DNA from: a virus
Lineage: Duplodnaviria; Heunggongvirae; Uroviricota; Caudoviricetes
DNA length: 64,000 nt
Strand: one strand, 5' to 3'
IMG/VR virus record: IMGVR_UViG_3300031998_000007
Shown: piece by piece, positions 9,777 through 18,956 of the stretch
Layout of the letters: each line of letters starts with the position of its first letter
Numbering within the stretch: position 1 is the first letter of the stretch
The notes under the pieces: generated by a model
What the model was told of the DNA's origin: nothing
Seen by the model: only the letters and a program-made list of their open reading frames with translations
Database searches by the model: none
Translations under genes and position numbers: made by a program

Positions 9777-11225
9777 ATGGTAGAAACAGTAACTTTTTCC
9801 GAACTCGAAGAAAACTTGGAGTTCATCCCGCCGGAAGTGGCCGTCCTGCTGGTCGGCCCGGCCGGTATCGGCAAATCCTCGTTTGCCAAAGCCTGGGCTG
9901 CACACCAGGAAGGGTATCGCTATTACGAGAAGAATGTCGCGGAAGTCCTTGACATAGGCGACTTCCTGGGACGCAACAGCGTGGTTGACGGGCGCACCGT
10001 ACTCAATCCACCGCCATGGTTTTCCGATACGGAAAAGACTATCCTCTTTATCGACGAAATCAACCGTGCGGGCGCGAACTCAATCGTCCGCGGCTGCATG
10101 GGTCTTGTCCTCAACCGTGCAATCGCCGAGCTCAAGATGCCGGAAGGTTCCCGCATCCTATCGGCAGCGAACCCGGATATGGGGCCGATGTATGACATCA
10201 TTCCCTTCGATCTTGCGCAGTCCGACCGTTTCTATGTCGCCGAGGTGATGTGCGATGCCCAATACTGGCTGAACCGCATCGCCGGGCCGCAGCATTTCAA
10301 CTCCGCCGTTGTCGAGTTCATTCGCAAGTACCCCGATTATCTCCACCAGCTTTCCAACCCGAAGCTCGCAAACGACGCCATGACACGCGAGCATTACAGA
10401 AACGTGCTCTCCACGCCGCGTTCCTGGGACATGTTCAGCCGTTCTCTCAACAACATGGAACGCAAGATGGGTGAGGGCAATCCGCCTACGCGTAGGCGCC
10501 TGGAAACACTCGGTGCCGGCTTTGTCGGCCCGCTCCTTGCGACCAGCTTTGCGACATTCTACCTCGACATGAAGGTGCTGTCCAAGATTGACGTGATTGA
10601 AGTCCTCACGCAGGCAAACATGAGCATTGAGGAACATGACAAGGCCATGAAGGTTCTCGAAGAGATCGTCAAGACGGATCCTACTCGCGCAATCGGCATG
10701 CTTACCGACATCCACAGTTACCTCCTTCACGAGGGGGCGACTGTGCTCAAAAAGAAGATTGCCCTGGCTGCCATCGCGGAAAACTATTATACCATCATGA
10801 GCATGTGTTCCGCCGAACTGCGCCAGCTTGTGTTTACCAATCACCTGACCCCGCTGGCTGGGCAGAAGGGATGCTATATCGACCGCATCCGTTCTGTGAA
10901 GCCGGAAGTGGAGGACCTTTTCGATACTAAGAAAACCGTTCTGCCAAAATCACGGGCAGGAGTGCTCCCGATACAGACCCAATGGGCAAATCCGACCAAC
11001 CAGGAATTCGACAACCTCGCCGACGCGTGGTCTAAGCCGGGTTCGGGTGTCTCCGGGCCATTTACGGTGACGCCGTCAAGCAATCCAGATGCACAGAGGC
11101 TGCTCAATTCATTGAAGACCCAGATGCAGTATAATTCGGCAAAGGTCGATAATATTGCGACGACGCTCACCGATACCGACTTGATAGATCTGTCGCCGGC
11201 AAGCGATGGTTCCAGGACAGCATAA
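9777..11225 (+). CDS. MoxR-like (AAA_5) AAA+ ATPase
   Basis: Walker A GPAGIGKSS; ILFIDEINRA motif typical of MoxR/CbbQ-type ATPases. The ORF tool starts at 9720, but that extension is the promoter translated (FCYIS). Confidence 0.65.
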   Translation: MVETVTFSELEENLEFIPPEVAVLLVGPAGIGKSSFAKAWAAHQEGYRYYEKNVAEVLDIGDFLGRNSVVDGRTVLNPPPWFSDTEKTILFIDEINRAGANSIVRGCMGLVLNRAIAELKMPEGSRILSAANPDMGPMYDIIPFDLAQSDRFYVAEVMCDAQYWLNRIAGPQHFNSAVVEFIRKYPDYLHQLSNPKLANDAMTREHYRNVLSTPRSWDMFSRSLNNMERKMGEGNPPTRRRLETLGAGFVGPLLATSFATFYLDMKVLSKIDVIEVLTQANMSIEEHDKAMKVLEEIVKTDPTRAIGMLTDIHSYLLHEGATVLKKKIALAAIAENYYTIMSMCSAELRQLVFTNHLTPLAGQKGCYIDRIRSVKPEVEDLFDTKKTVLPKSRAGVLPIQTQWANPTNQEFDNLADAWSKPGSGVSGPFTVTPSSNPDAQRLLNSLKTQMQYNSAKVDNIATTLTDTDLIDLSPASDGSRTA

Positions 11226-11227
11226 GA

Positions 11228-11252
11228 AAAGGCCGCATCTAGCGGCCTTATT
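11228..11252. terminator. bidirectional intrinsic terminator
   Basis: aaggccgc-atcta-gcggcctt hairpin flanked by A-run and T-run between convergent genes. Confidence 0.55.
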
Positions 11253-12160
11253 CATTTCGTCATGCGCAATCGCGGCACAAATTCCTTTGACAGCCACCCA
11301 TGCAGGTGCATCCGTGCCATCAGGTCCTCCCGCATCGCTTCCAGGTATGGAATGAACTGCGGGTGGTCATACTTGTTCATTGGTCGCACATGCGGCTGGT
11401 GGATGATGCCGTTATCCCCGTTCGGCACGGCATATACCGGTATTCCGCTGTAAAAGCACTCCAGGCCGAGGAACCCGTCCTCCCCACCCCATGTCCCGGT
11501 GAACTCGGAGGAGAACACTTCTTCCCGGCCGTATAGGGATGCGTTCATGCTGCATAGCTGCTTGATGGCATACATGTTCAGGCCGAAGTTGCAGGTCCAG
11601 ACGACACCGCTGTCAACGAACCAGAACTCGTTGTCGATGAGCCTCGGGGTGTCCGTGAACAGGTGGCAGACAGACTTGGGGCTTGCCATGCGCTGGTCTT
11701 CCATGTTCCAGATGATTTCCCTGCGGCGACCGACGGTGGCGATCGGGGAGCTCTTTTCGGACAGGGTATCGACATGCCCCGAAATCAGGTGCGGCTCGGG
11801 TACGCAGTCTCCGTCGATGAAGATTACGTAGTGGAAGTCGTTCTTGATTGCGTATTCGACCTGCGTATTCCTCACGTAGCCGGTAAGGAAATAGTCCGAA
11901 CCGGCGTTCATCTGCGGGTGCCCCACCCATTCCGGGTACCCCTCGCTCTTGAGTATCTTGACGAAACCGAGGTTGCCGTCGGCTATCCGGTTGGCCTTGG
12001 CATAAATTTCCAGGGCTTCCTCGTATTCGCCGGGTTGCGGGCGGTCGATGACATACCGGCACTCGGTCGGATATACGCTCAGCTTGGACAGCCGGTCCAG
12101 CATCTTCGGGAGGAAGATGTTCTGGCCATGGGCCGGGATTACTAGCAGAACCTTTATCAT
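11252..12160 (-). CDS. putative glycosyltransferase (GT-A fold, DXD)
   Basis: FIDGDCVPE DXD-like motif; N-terminal VLLVIPAHGQ beta strand typical of nucleotide-sugar transferases. Weak. Confidence 0.4.
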   Translation of the reverse strand: MIKVLLVIPAHGQNIFLPKMLDRLSKLSVYPTECRYVIDRPQPGEYEEALEIYAKANRIADGNLGFVKILKSEGYPEWVGHPQMNAGSDYFLTGYVRNTQVEYAIKNDFHYVIFIDGDCVPEPHLISGHVDTLSEKSSPIATVGRRREIIWNMEDQRMASPKSVCHLFTDTPRLIDNEFWFVDSGVVWTCNFGLNMYAIKQLCSMNASLYGREEVFSSEFTGTWGGEDGFLGLECFYSGIPVYAVPNGDNGIIHQPHVRPMNKYDHPQFIPYLEAMREDLMARMHLHGWLSKEFVPRLRMTK

Positions 12161-13542
12161 GTGAGTACCGTCAGTCTTTCCGCGGCACGGGTGAACGCGG
12201 TGTATTTCAGCTTGTTGCGCTGCAAGTGGTTCTCGCGGAGGCGGTTGATGTCGCTTTCGATACAGAACACGTTGGTAATCGTGCTACCCTGTGCCGTGTG
12301 GATTGTCTGCGAATAGACGTAGCCCGCCCAGAGGAAGAAGTTTTTCAGCTTCATGTAGTCGGCCCAGGCTTCCTTCTTGGAGTAGAACTTGCCACCGAAA
12401 CGACATTCCTTTTCCTTGTCGAGGGCTTCCTTGCGCTTTTCTTCGAGCAGGGTCATGTACATGCTTTCCGCGGTCGGGTCGGGACGGAGGATGTATGCCG
12501 TGACGGAGCTCTGGGTCCTGCTGGATGATTCCGTCGCATGGACGCGGACCTTGAAGCAGGGGAGACCGTAGCTCGGGTCGTTCATCGCGGTAATGGTCTC
12601 GATCTTGATGCGGTCTTCGGTGTTGTAGACCACATGGGAGCCCTTGCCGTTGGCATTTTCCATGATGTAGGGCTTCGCGACGCGGAGTTCTTCACCCTTG
12701 ACATACCCGTCGGCATCCTTGCCGTAGATATGCTCGCGGACCTTGGTATTCGCTTCCTTGACCATCGCGTTCGTGTAGGCAAGGATGGCTGCATAGGAGC
12801 TGTCCGCCTTGTATTCGTCTGTATCGAACGCGGCGAAGGCCTTTTCATAGAACTCGTCCTGGTTGGTGACGAACTCGATACCGCGCCCGTCTTCGGTAAG
12901 GTGCGTTTCGTGCTTGAACAGGTCTTCCGGGGAAGCCATGTTCTGGCGGATGGTCGTCACGACATCGAGGATGGGGTTCGCGTCGGCAACGCGCATGACC
13001 TTGGTGAGGTTCACTCGCAGCGGCAGCTCGAACACCCTGGACTGGGTAAGGCCGCGCATTTCGTCTGACACCGGCGGGAGCTGACAGGCATCGCCGACAT
13101 AGATGACCTTCGTCTTCGGATGTGCCTGGAGAGCGGACTGGATTTGCATAATCATGCTTTCGTCAAGCATGGACGATTCGTCAATCACCACCAGGCTATA
13201 CTGGTGGATGGTGCTTTCGCCTTGCTGCTTGAGGTACGGCTTGCCGTTGCCGTAGTCGATGAGGACGAGGCCGAGCAGTCCGCATACGGTCTTGTTGTAG
13301 TTTTTCTTCGTGGCCCTGGAAATGACGCTTACCGCCTTGTTTGTCGGGGCGGTGCACACGATCGGGTAGTTCTTGTTGTTGCCGAGTTCAGAAAGCACCA
13401 CGTTGAGCAGTGCGGTCTTGCCGGTGCCGGCAGGCCCGGTAAGTATCATTTGCCGGTTGGGGCCTTCGATGAATTTATGGATATAGTCAAGAGCGGCGGT
13501 CTGGTCGTCGTTCAGGTCCTTTTTCGTGATGGTCTTTTTCAT
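12157..13542 (-). CDS. Dda/RecD-like SF1 DNA helicase
   Basis: Walker A GPAGTGKTA, Walker B VVIDESSML, motif VI-like TIHTAQGST as in T4 Dda / RecD / Pif1. Confidence 0.8.
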   Translation of the reverse strand: MKKTITKKDLNDDQTAALDYIHKFIEGPNRQMILTGPAGTGKTALLNVVLSELGNNKNYPIVCTAPTNKAVSVISRATKKNYNKTVCGLLGLVLIDYGNGKPYLKQQGESTIHQYSLVVIDESSMLDESMIMQIQSALQAHPKTKVIYVGDACQLPPVSDEMRGLTQSRVFELPLRVNLTKVMRVADANPILDVVTTIRQNMASPEDLFKHETHLTEDGRGIEFVTNQDEFYEKAFAAFDTDEYKADSSYAAILAYTNAMVKEANTKVREHIYGKDADGYVKGEELRVAKPYIMENANGKGSHVVYNTEDRIKIETITAMNDPSYGLPCFKVRVHATESSSRTQSSVTAYILRPDPTAESMYMTLLEEKRKEALDKEKECRFGGKFYSKKEAWADYMKLKNFFLWAGYVYSQTIHTAQGSTITNVFCIESDINRLRENHLQRNKLKYTAFTRAAERLTVLT

Positions 13543-13547
13543 GCTAC

Positions 13548-13563
13548 GAAATATAGCAAAAAC
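13548..13563 (-). promoter_or_regulatory. extended -10 promoter motif (minus strand) for the helicase gene
   Basis: Reverse complement gtttttgctatatttcg ends 5 nt before the ATG at 13542. Confidence 0.55.
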
Positions 13564-13608
13564 TGGTGGGTTATAAACTACGGGTTAAGGCCTGAAAGGT
13601 AATCTGAC

Positions 13609-14850
13609 ATGAAATCGTCAATGTCCGCAGAATTTGAAAAAATCAAGACCGGCGAGAACGCCGCGATGCTGGAGGCGATAGACTCCGGGTGTGCGCTTAT
13701 CGAGAATTGGTTCGGGACCGCGATGCACAAGGGCCACGATTTCCTCATGGGCGACCCGACGAAGGTTGCTGCCCAATCAGTCCAGATTACCCCGTATGAC
13801 CGGCAGAAGATTGCCGAGGACGAACGGACACTTGACGGCGACCTCGACAAGTACATGAACGCCTTGCAGGACCTGGTTGAGCTCGTGGAAACCTATGGGC
13901 CCACCCAATACAATCGTATCGCGTCGTCGGAAAGGTTCCGCAAGGCATGTGCCGAAGGCCGCAGGCTCGACAGTCTCAGGAAGAACCCGATGATCGAGTC
14001 CATCGTCGCCGGGCGCCAGTTTGCCGCCATGCTTGAAAGTGCGGCGAAGCGGATGGACAGGGATAGCGCAGTCAAGGCCGGGCAGATATTCCTGGAAGCG
14101 AACGAACGCGCGGCGCTGGCGCTGTCGGAAGGCAAACTTGCCGCATACGAAATCGCGTTCGATGATGTCTGGACGGAGAATGTCAAGGTTACTTACCGAC
14201 CGGATTTCGATTCTTACATCATTGATGCCGACATATCATTCGCGGGGGACGGGCATGGTCCCGACTGGTCAATCGTCGATACGCTCGGGGACACCCCTCG
14301 GTACACGGGGCACATAAATTTGACAATACCTGACAGGCAAATCAAGTGGTCCGATTGCGCTACCCTGACGGACGCTGGATTCGGTGCAGGAATACAGCAG
14401 AAATTGGAGGAACTGGAGCAGGCCTTCCAGAACCTTTCCATATCGGACTATAAGAGCCAGTCTGACTGGACGGAGAACAAGTTTGACCCGACGAAATTCG
14501 GCGGTGCCAATGTATTCATCGACTTCACCAATTCCGCTGCGCGGGTGGACTTCGCCGACGGCGGTCCGTGCAAGATGAAACTTGAAATCGACCCCAGCTT
14601 TTCCGATGATGTCGGGGATGCCTTTGCGGGCGATGTCGAGCCGTTTGGCGAGGCCGTCATGGCGCCTGCCAAGTCCGCCCTCGACGACGTAATCGGGGAG
14701 AGCGTGGCCAGCTCGTTCCAGACCGTGATGAACATTATCGCGGAATTCATTTCCAAGCATGGCATCTACACATGGGATGACTTCCAGCGCACCGAGAAGT
14801 GGCGCAATGCCTATTCTCACGGTGGGCAGCGTGTGGCGGTGGCTAACTAA
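13609..14850 (+). CDS. hypothetical protein
   Basis: 413 aa ORF; TATAAACTACGGG motif about 25 nt upstream. Confidence 0.55.
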   Translation: MKSSMSAEFEKIKTGENAAMLEAIDSGCALIENWFGTAMHKGHDFLMGDPTKVAAQSVQITPYDRQKIAEDERTLDGDLDKYMNALQDLVELVETYGPTQYNRIASSERFRKACAEGRRLDSLRKNPMIESIVAGRQFAAMLESAAKRMDRDSAVKAGQIFLEANERAALALSEGKLAAYEIAFDDVWTENVKVTYRPDFDSYIIDADISFAGDGHGPDWSIVDTLGDTPRYTGHINLTIPDRQIKWSDCATLTDAGFGAGIQQKLEELEQAFQNLSISDYKSQSDWTENKFDPTKFGGANVFIDFTNSAARVDFADGGPCKMKLEIDPSFSDDVGDAFAGDVEPFGEAVMAPAKSALDDVIGESVASSFQTVMNIIAEFISKHGIYTWDDFQRTEKWRNAYSHGGQRVAVAN

Positions 14851-14876
14851 GGTCTAAACTACTTTGTATTGAAGTC

Positions 14877-15401
14877 ATGTCTTTGGAGAGTGTAATGAAC
14901 GGTATTGAGGCGGCAACCCAGACGATCACACAGTTCACGGCGCTAATTGCATCGGTGACGGTTCTGTTGACGACTGTTGGTGCATTTATTACGCCGATTC
15001 GTGAGTGGTTTATAAGAAAAATAAAAGAAAAATTTACGGAAAAGAACAAGATTGACTTAATCTTGAGCGACGTAAAGAAGCTGAACGACGGGTTGGACCA
15101 CGTAAATGTCAAGATGGTTGACAGGGATGCCGAAATGGTTGCCATGAAGGCAGCAATCATCGCATCTTTGAGGAATGACATCACGACGGGATATTACAGG
15201 GCATTGGACGAGGGCGGTGTGACCGACAAGGGTCGCGAGAACCTGATAGGCCTATGCGACGTTTATTTCAAGCTCGGCGGAAACTGCTTCGTCCATGACA
15301 TCTACAAGGATGTGATGCACATGCCCCGTATTACGGAGAGCCCCAAGCGAAAAAGTTCCAAACCTTACCGGCGTCCAATCCCGTATATCAACCGTTCTTA
15401 G
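14877..15401 (+). CDS. hypothetical protein with N-terminal transmembrane helix
   Basis: 174 aa; hydrophobic segment ALIASVTVLLTTVGAFI. Confidence 0.45.
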   Translation: MSLESVMNGIEAATQTITQFTALIASVTVLLTTVGAFITPIREWFIRKIKEKFTEKNKIDLILSDVKKLNDGLDHVNVKMVDRDAEMVAMKAAIIASLRNDITTGYYRALDEGGVTDKGRENLIGLCDVYFKLGGNCFVHDIYKDVMHMPRITESPKRKSSKPYRRPIPYINRS

Positions 15402-15816
15402 CCTTTCTGGCAAGCTCCCGCCTTATTTTCCATGACCGGTAGGAATACCAGATACGTAAAATCCTGCCATGCAGCCTGTGCAGCGCCAGGCGGATGCGCC
15501 AGGTGCGCGGATAGTCCTTGCGGTAGTTGTCACGCTCCCAATCGTCATAGATGCGGTCGGCAAACGCCATAGCCTCTTTTTGGGTGAGATCCCCGCCATA
15601 GCTGTCGCCGGTTATCGAACCGACGCATGCGCCGAAATATTCGCAACCTTGGCACATCGAGGATGCGTAAAAATTGCAGAAATCACACGGAAGGAACCTC
15701 TTTTCGGGGTCGTGGTTTGCAAATGCAGGCGGTTTGGGGGTATCGCTGACCTGTTCCTTGCCAGGCGGCAACAGGTCGGTCTTTTCGGAAAAGTTACATT
15801 CTTGATATTCAGCCAT
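15388..15816 (-). CDS. hypothetical Cys-rich protein
   Basis: CDFCNFYASSMCQGCEYFGAC cluster. Start moved to the internal ATG at 15816 because the upstream 15 codons are the promoter motif translated (GFCYISG). Confidence 0.5.
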   Translation of the reverse strand: MAEYQECNFSEKTDLLPPGKEQVSDTPKPPAFANHDPEKRFLPCDFCNFYASSMCQGCEYFGACVGSITGDSYGGDLTQKEAMAFADRIYDDWERDNYRKDYPRTWRIRLALHRLHGRILRIWYSYRSWKIRRELARKAKNG

Positions 15817-15820
15817 GCCC

Positions 15821-15835
15821 GAAATATAGCAAAAC
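15821..15835 (-). promoter_or_regulatory. extended -10 promoter motif (minus)
   Basis: gttttgctatatttc, 4 nt before the ATG at 15816. Confidence 0.55.
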
Positions 15836-15882
15836 CCGCGGTGCGCCCGCGGGTTTGCCATTAAAGGTGCCTGTCTGGGTCG

Positions 15883-16362
15883 TTAGTCGGCGACTGTCCA
15901 GAAGCCGAAATCAGCGCCGTCGCCTTCGTGGGCGCCGAAGTAGCATCCTTCCGGTGCGATGGTGTCCATCGACTTGAAGAGGTCTTCGAGGATGTCTCCG
16001 AGGTTTTCGTCAGGGATGGTCGCCGGGTCGATGGCTTCATACTGCTTGGCTTCTTCCGGGTTGTACTGCTTCAGAACCGCGACGAACTTGGGGATGAGAT
16101 CCGACGCGAGCATTGTGCCGGTCGAGATGCTCTTGTCGCGGAGTTCTTCCGTGTTGGCTCCCTGCGGTGCAGGGGTCGGGGCGGTGTTGGCTGCCGTGGC
16201 AGGGTCAGGTTCCGGGGTGGGTGTCGGTTCGGTGGCGAGTGTGTCGTCCTGTGCCTCGAAGATGGCCGAGGCAATCTGTTCGACGCGTTCTTGTTCCCCT
16301 ACCGGGATGCGCACGCCGACACGCTGGATCGATTCGACGAGGAGCTTGGTTTTTTCGGACAT
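15883..16362 (-). CDS. hypothetical acidic protein
   Basis: 159 aa, Asp/Glu-rich with a Pro/Thr/Ala linker; TATAAACTAGGG motif about 28 nt upstream. Confidence 0.5.
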   Translation of the reverse strand: MSEKTKLLVESIQRVGVRIPVGEQERVEQIASAIFEAQDDTLATEPTPTPEPDPATAANTAPTPAPQGANTEELRDKSISTGTMLASDLIPKFVAVLKQYNPEEAKQYEAIDPATIPDENLGDILEDLFKSMDTIAPEGCYFGAHEGDGADFGFWTVAD

Positions 16363-16459
16363 CTTGCAATTCCTGTTGGTGTTTTATACCCTAGTTTATA
16401 GTGCCCGGACGTAGTCATAAAACCTAGTTTACGGTCAGTAATCTACAAACGAGGCAAAA

Positions 16460-17137
16460 ATGAACTTTGCAGAAAAATTGACCAATGCCCAAGTTGGTCT
16501 CATCATCGGTGCCATCGCGGTAATCGTGATTCTCGTGGTGTGGCGCCTGGTCCATAAACGCATTGTGCGCGGTTCGGGTTTCCCGATCGACATCGCGCCG
16601 GAAGAGCCGAAGCCGGTGCTCGCTGACGAACAGCCGAGCATTTCCCAGGCGGACGTGAAGCCGACCGTGGTAATCCTCCCGGAAGACCCGCATCCCTATG
16701 CCAAGCCTATACTGGCGTCTGAGCCGATTGTCGTGGAAGCGCCTCCCGCCGATGCCGCCCCTGCTGATACTACCCCCGATGCCGCCCCTGCCGAACCCGT
16801 TGAAGAATTGCCTGTAGAACTTACTCCCGTGACCCCGGAACCGCAGCCGGAACCCCAGATTGCCACAGAACCGGAACCGCCGAAGGAAACGGTTGCTGTG
16901 GAAAATGCTCCGGTAAAACCCGTCCGCAAGCGCGTCAGGAAGGCTCCCGCCAAGGCCCCGTTCGCCAAGACGAAGAACCCTGCAAGGACGGTCACGAAGG
17001 CCACGCCGAAGAAGGTGACTGCGCCGAAGAAGGCAAAGACTTCTACGAAGAAGGCCGCGGACACCAAGAAGACGGCAAAGCCGGCAAAGACCACCAAGGC
17101 AGCGCCGGCCAAGAAGACCACCAAGAAGGCTAAGTAA
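16460..17137 (+). CDS. membrane-anchored protein with Pro/Ala-rich linker and histone H1-like Lys/Ala-rich C-terminal tail
   Basis: N-terminal TM helix LIIGAIAVIVILVVW; PEP/PAD repeats; C-terminus KAPAKAPFAKTKNPARTVTKATPKKVTAPKKAKTSTKKAADTKKTAKPAKTTKAAPAKKTTKKAK. Confidence 0.6.
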   Translation: MNFAEKLTNAQVGLIIGAIAVIVILVVWRLVHKRIVRGSGFPIDIAPEEPKPVLADEQPSISQADVKPTVVILPEDPHPYAKPILASEPIVVEAPPADAAPADTTPDAAPAEPVEELPVELTPVTPEPQPEPQIATEPEPPKETVAVENAPVKPVRKRVRKAPAKAPFAKTKNPARTVTKATPKKVTAPKKAKTSTKKAADTKKTAKPAKTTKAAPAKKTTKKAK

Positions 17138-17571
17138 TGGCCGGAAAGGACTTCTGCTGCGGAAAGGCCATAATCACGGCCGGGGACTCTTCACTGAGTG
17201 CCCGGCTTCTCAAATATGGCCAGGAAGCCTACGCTGACCTGAAAAAGGAACAGCGGGTCATCATGTGGATTTTCGCCTGGATTGACGAGAAGAACATGTG
17301 CCAGAAGTGCCGTTCCGACTTTGCGGACATGATCGAGTGGTTCAACAAGTACGATCTGTTCGAGAACCCGGCCCGGGCAGCCAGGCTCGTAATCGAAACC
17401 AAGCCCGAAAATAACAGAATCCTGGGAGACAGGGAGATAACCAAGCTGCCGCTATTCCTCTATTGCGACGAGCATGGGCGCATAATCGACGAGCGCTTCA
17501 TGTTCCCGGAGGTCAAATGGCTGGAGCAGAATATCCTCCCTTACTTTCAGTCGGACGCGAGCATTTTCTAA
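17137..17571 (+). CDS. hypothetical protein (CxxC-containing)
   Basis: 144 aa; CQKC motif; start overlaps the upstream stop (TAATG). Confidence 0.45.
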   Translation: MAGKDFCCGKAIITAGDSSLSARLLKYGQEAYADLKKEQRVIMWIFAWIDEKNMCQKCRSDFADMIEWFNKYDLFENPARAARLVIETKPENNRILGDREITKLPLFLYCDEHGRIIDERFMFPEVKWLEQNILPYFQSDASIF

Positions 17572-17572
17572 T

Positions 17573-18602
17573 GGCAGAACTAAAGACATACGTTATCGGT
17601 TACTCGCTCGACGCGGTAATCAACGCGTGCATCCTGGCCGTGGAGGGCAAGGATGTGACATTCGTCAGGACGGGCGTCCTGGCGGAACCGATGGACTCCT
17701 ACCACGACATGGTGACGACGAACTATGCCGCCGTGCTGGAACAGTTCCTCCCGGGCCTGGAATACAAGTATTACCGGAACCCGAGGCACATGTACCTCCC
17801 GTTCTCCAAGGTCAGCGTCACCAACCGCGACAACGGCATATTCAGGCTCCCGTTCTCCAAGTGCACGTTCACGCCGGAGGAAGGCAAGAAGTTCGCCGAG
17901 GCCATGCAGCACCCGGACATCCAGAAGGCCTACGGGGACAAGTCCGGGACGCCCTCCATGCTCATTTCCGCCATGCGCAAGAACATGCCGCAGGAGTTCG
18001 TCGATACGTTCATCCGCCCGATGCAGCTGACCCGCTGGCGCGGCATCCCGCTCTCGTCGCTCACGATGTATGGCTACCTCTACGAGATGCCCCTGGAACA
18101 CTTCGGGGAGGATTTCGACGAGGCGTTCGCCAGGCCGAACATCCCGTTCGAGGAAATCGCCTCGCAGATGCTCGCAAGGTGCGCCATCGACCAGATGGAG
18201 ATGCGCCCGGAGGCCGTCGGCGAGTTCGTGAAGAAGAAGGATGACTCCCGCGAGGTCTATATCATGGACAACCGCGTTGACCAGTTCTTCGACTATGTCT
18301 GCGGGCAGTTCGACCGCATCAAGATGACCTGTACCCAGACGGCATGCCCCAAGCTGCTCGCCCTCGCGAAGGACGGCATCTACTACACGCCGCTCCATGA
18401 ATACTGGGGCCTGATGATTGACGGGGACTGCTGCTACAAGTATGAATCCGAGCTCGTGCAGACGCTCTACGGCACCGGCATCACCGAGATACCGCTGACC
18501 CGCACGAACGCGAAGACCTACGACGAATACCGGAAGATAGTGTCACGCTACGGTAAGATCACCCTTGACCTCGGCCAGCGCACCCTTACCCTCGTCAGGT
18601 AG
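17573..18602 (+). CDS. hypothetical protein, possible degenerate Rossmann-fold
   Basis: N-terminal KTYVIGYSLDAVINACILAVEGKDVTFV resembles a beta-alpha-beta dinucleotide fold but lacks GxGxxG. Start chosen at MAELK (the ORF tool start at 17463 overlaps the previous gene). Confidence 0.5.
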
Positions 18603-18908
18603 CGGCGCGAGGAGCGACTTTATGTGCTCCTGGACGAAGATGAACTCCCAGTTTATGCTGACTGGCTTTCGGTTATACACCGCCAGGACCAGCATGCCGT
18701 CGCGGTTCCGGGTGACCTCGAAATAGTCCTTCGTCTTGTCCGCGCATACGGTCACGACGAAGTCGGAATAGCGGTAGCCACGCATTCCCTTGTCATTTAG
18801 CTTTACCTCCATGGTCGCGCCGTGGAGGTTTTCTTTTACGAAACGGGTGCACTGGTCGCAGAATTCCTGCTGGTCCAGCGTAAGTATCAGGTTGTGCTCT
18901 TCTTTCAT
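18543..18908 (-). CDS. hypothetical protein
   Basis: 121 aa ORF; convergent 60-nt overlap with the previous gene makes this call tentative. Confidence 0.35.
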   Translation of the reverse strand: MKEEHNLILTLDQQEFCDQCTRFVKENLHGATMEVKLNDKGMRGYRYSDFVVTVCADKTKDYFEVTRNRDGMLVLAVYNRKPVSINWEFIFVQEHIKSLLAPLPDEGKGALAEVKGDLTVA

Positions 18909-18918
18909 GGCATCAAAA

Positions 18919-18945
18919 AAGGCGGCCCGCGAAGGCCGCCTGGGA
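18919..18945 (-). terminator. intrinsic terminator (minus)
   Basis: aggcggcc-cgcgaa-ggccgcct hairpin followed on the minus strand by TTTTTT. Confidence 0.55.
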
Positions 18946-18956
18946 TTGTGTTAGGT

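Noticed and set aside
16696-17124. 142-aa minus ORF rich in Gly/Ala/Phe
   Set aside because: Antisense to the KAPKK-tail gene; its low-complexity translation is a mirror of the Lys/Ala codons
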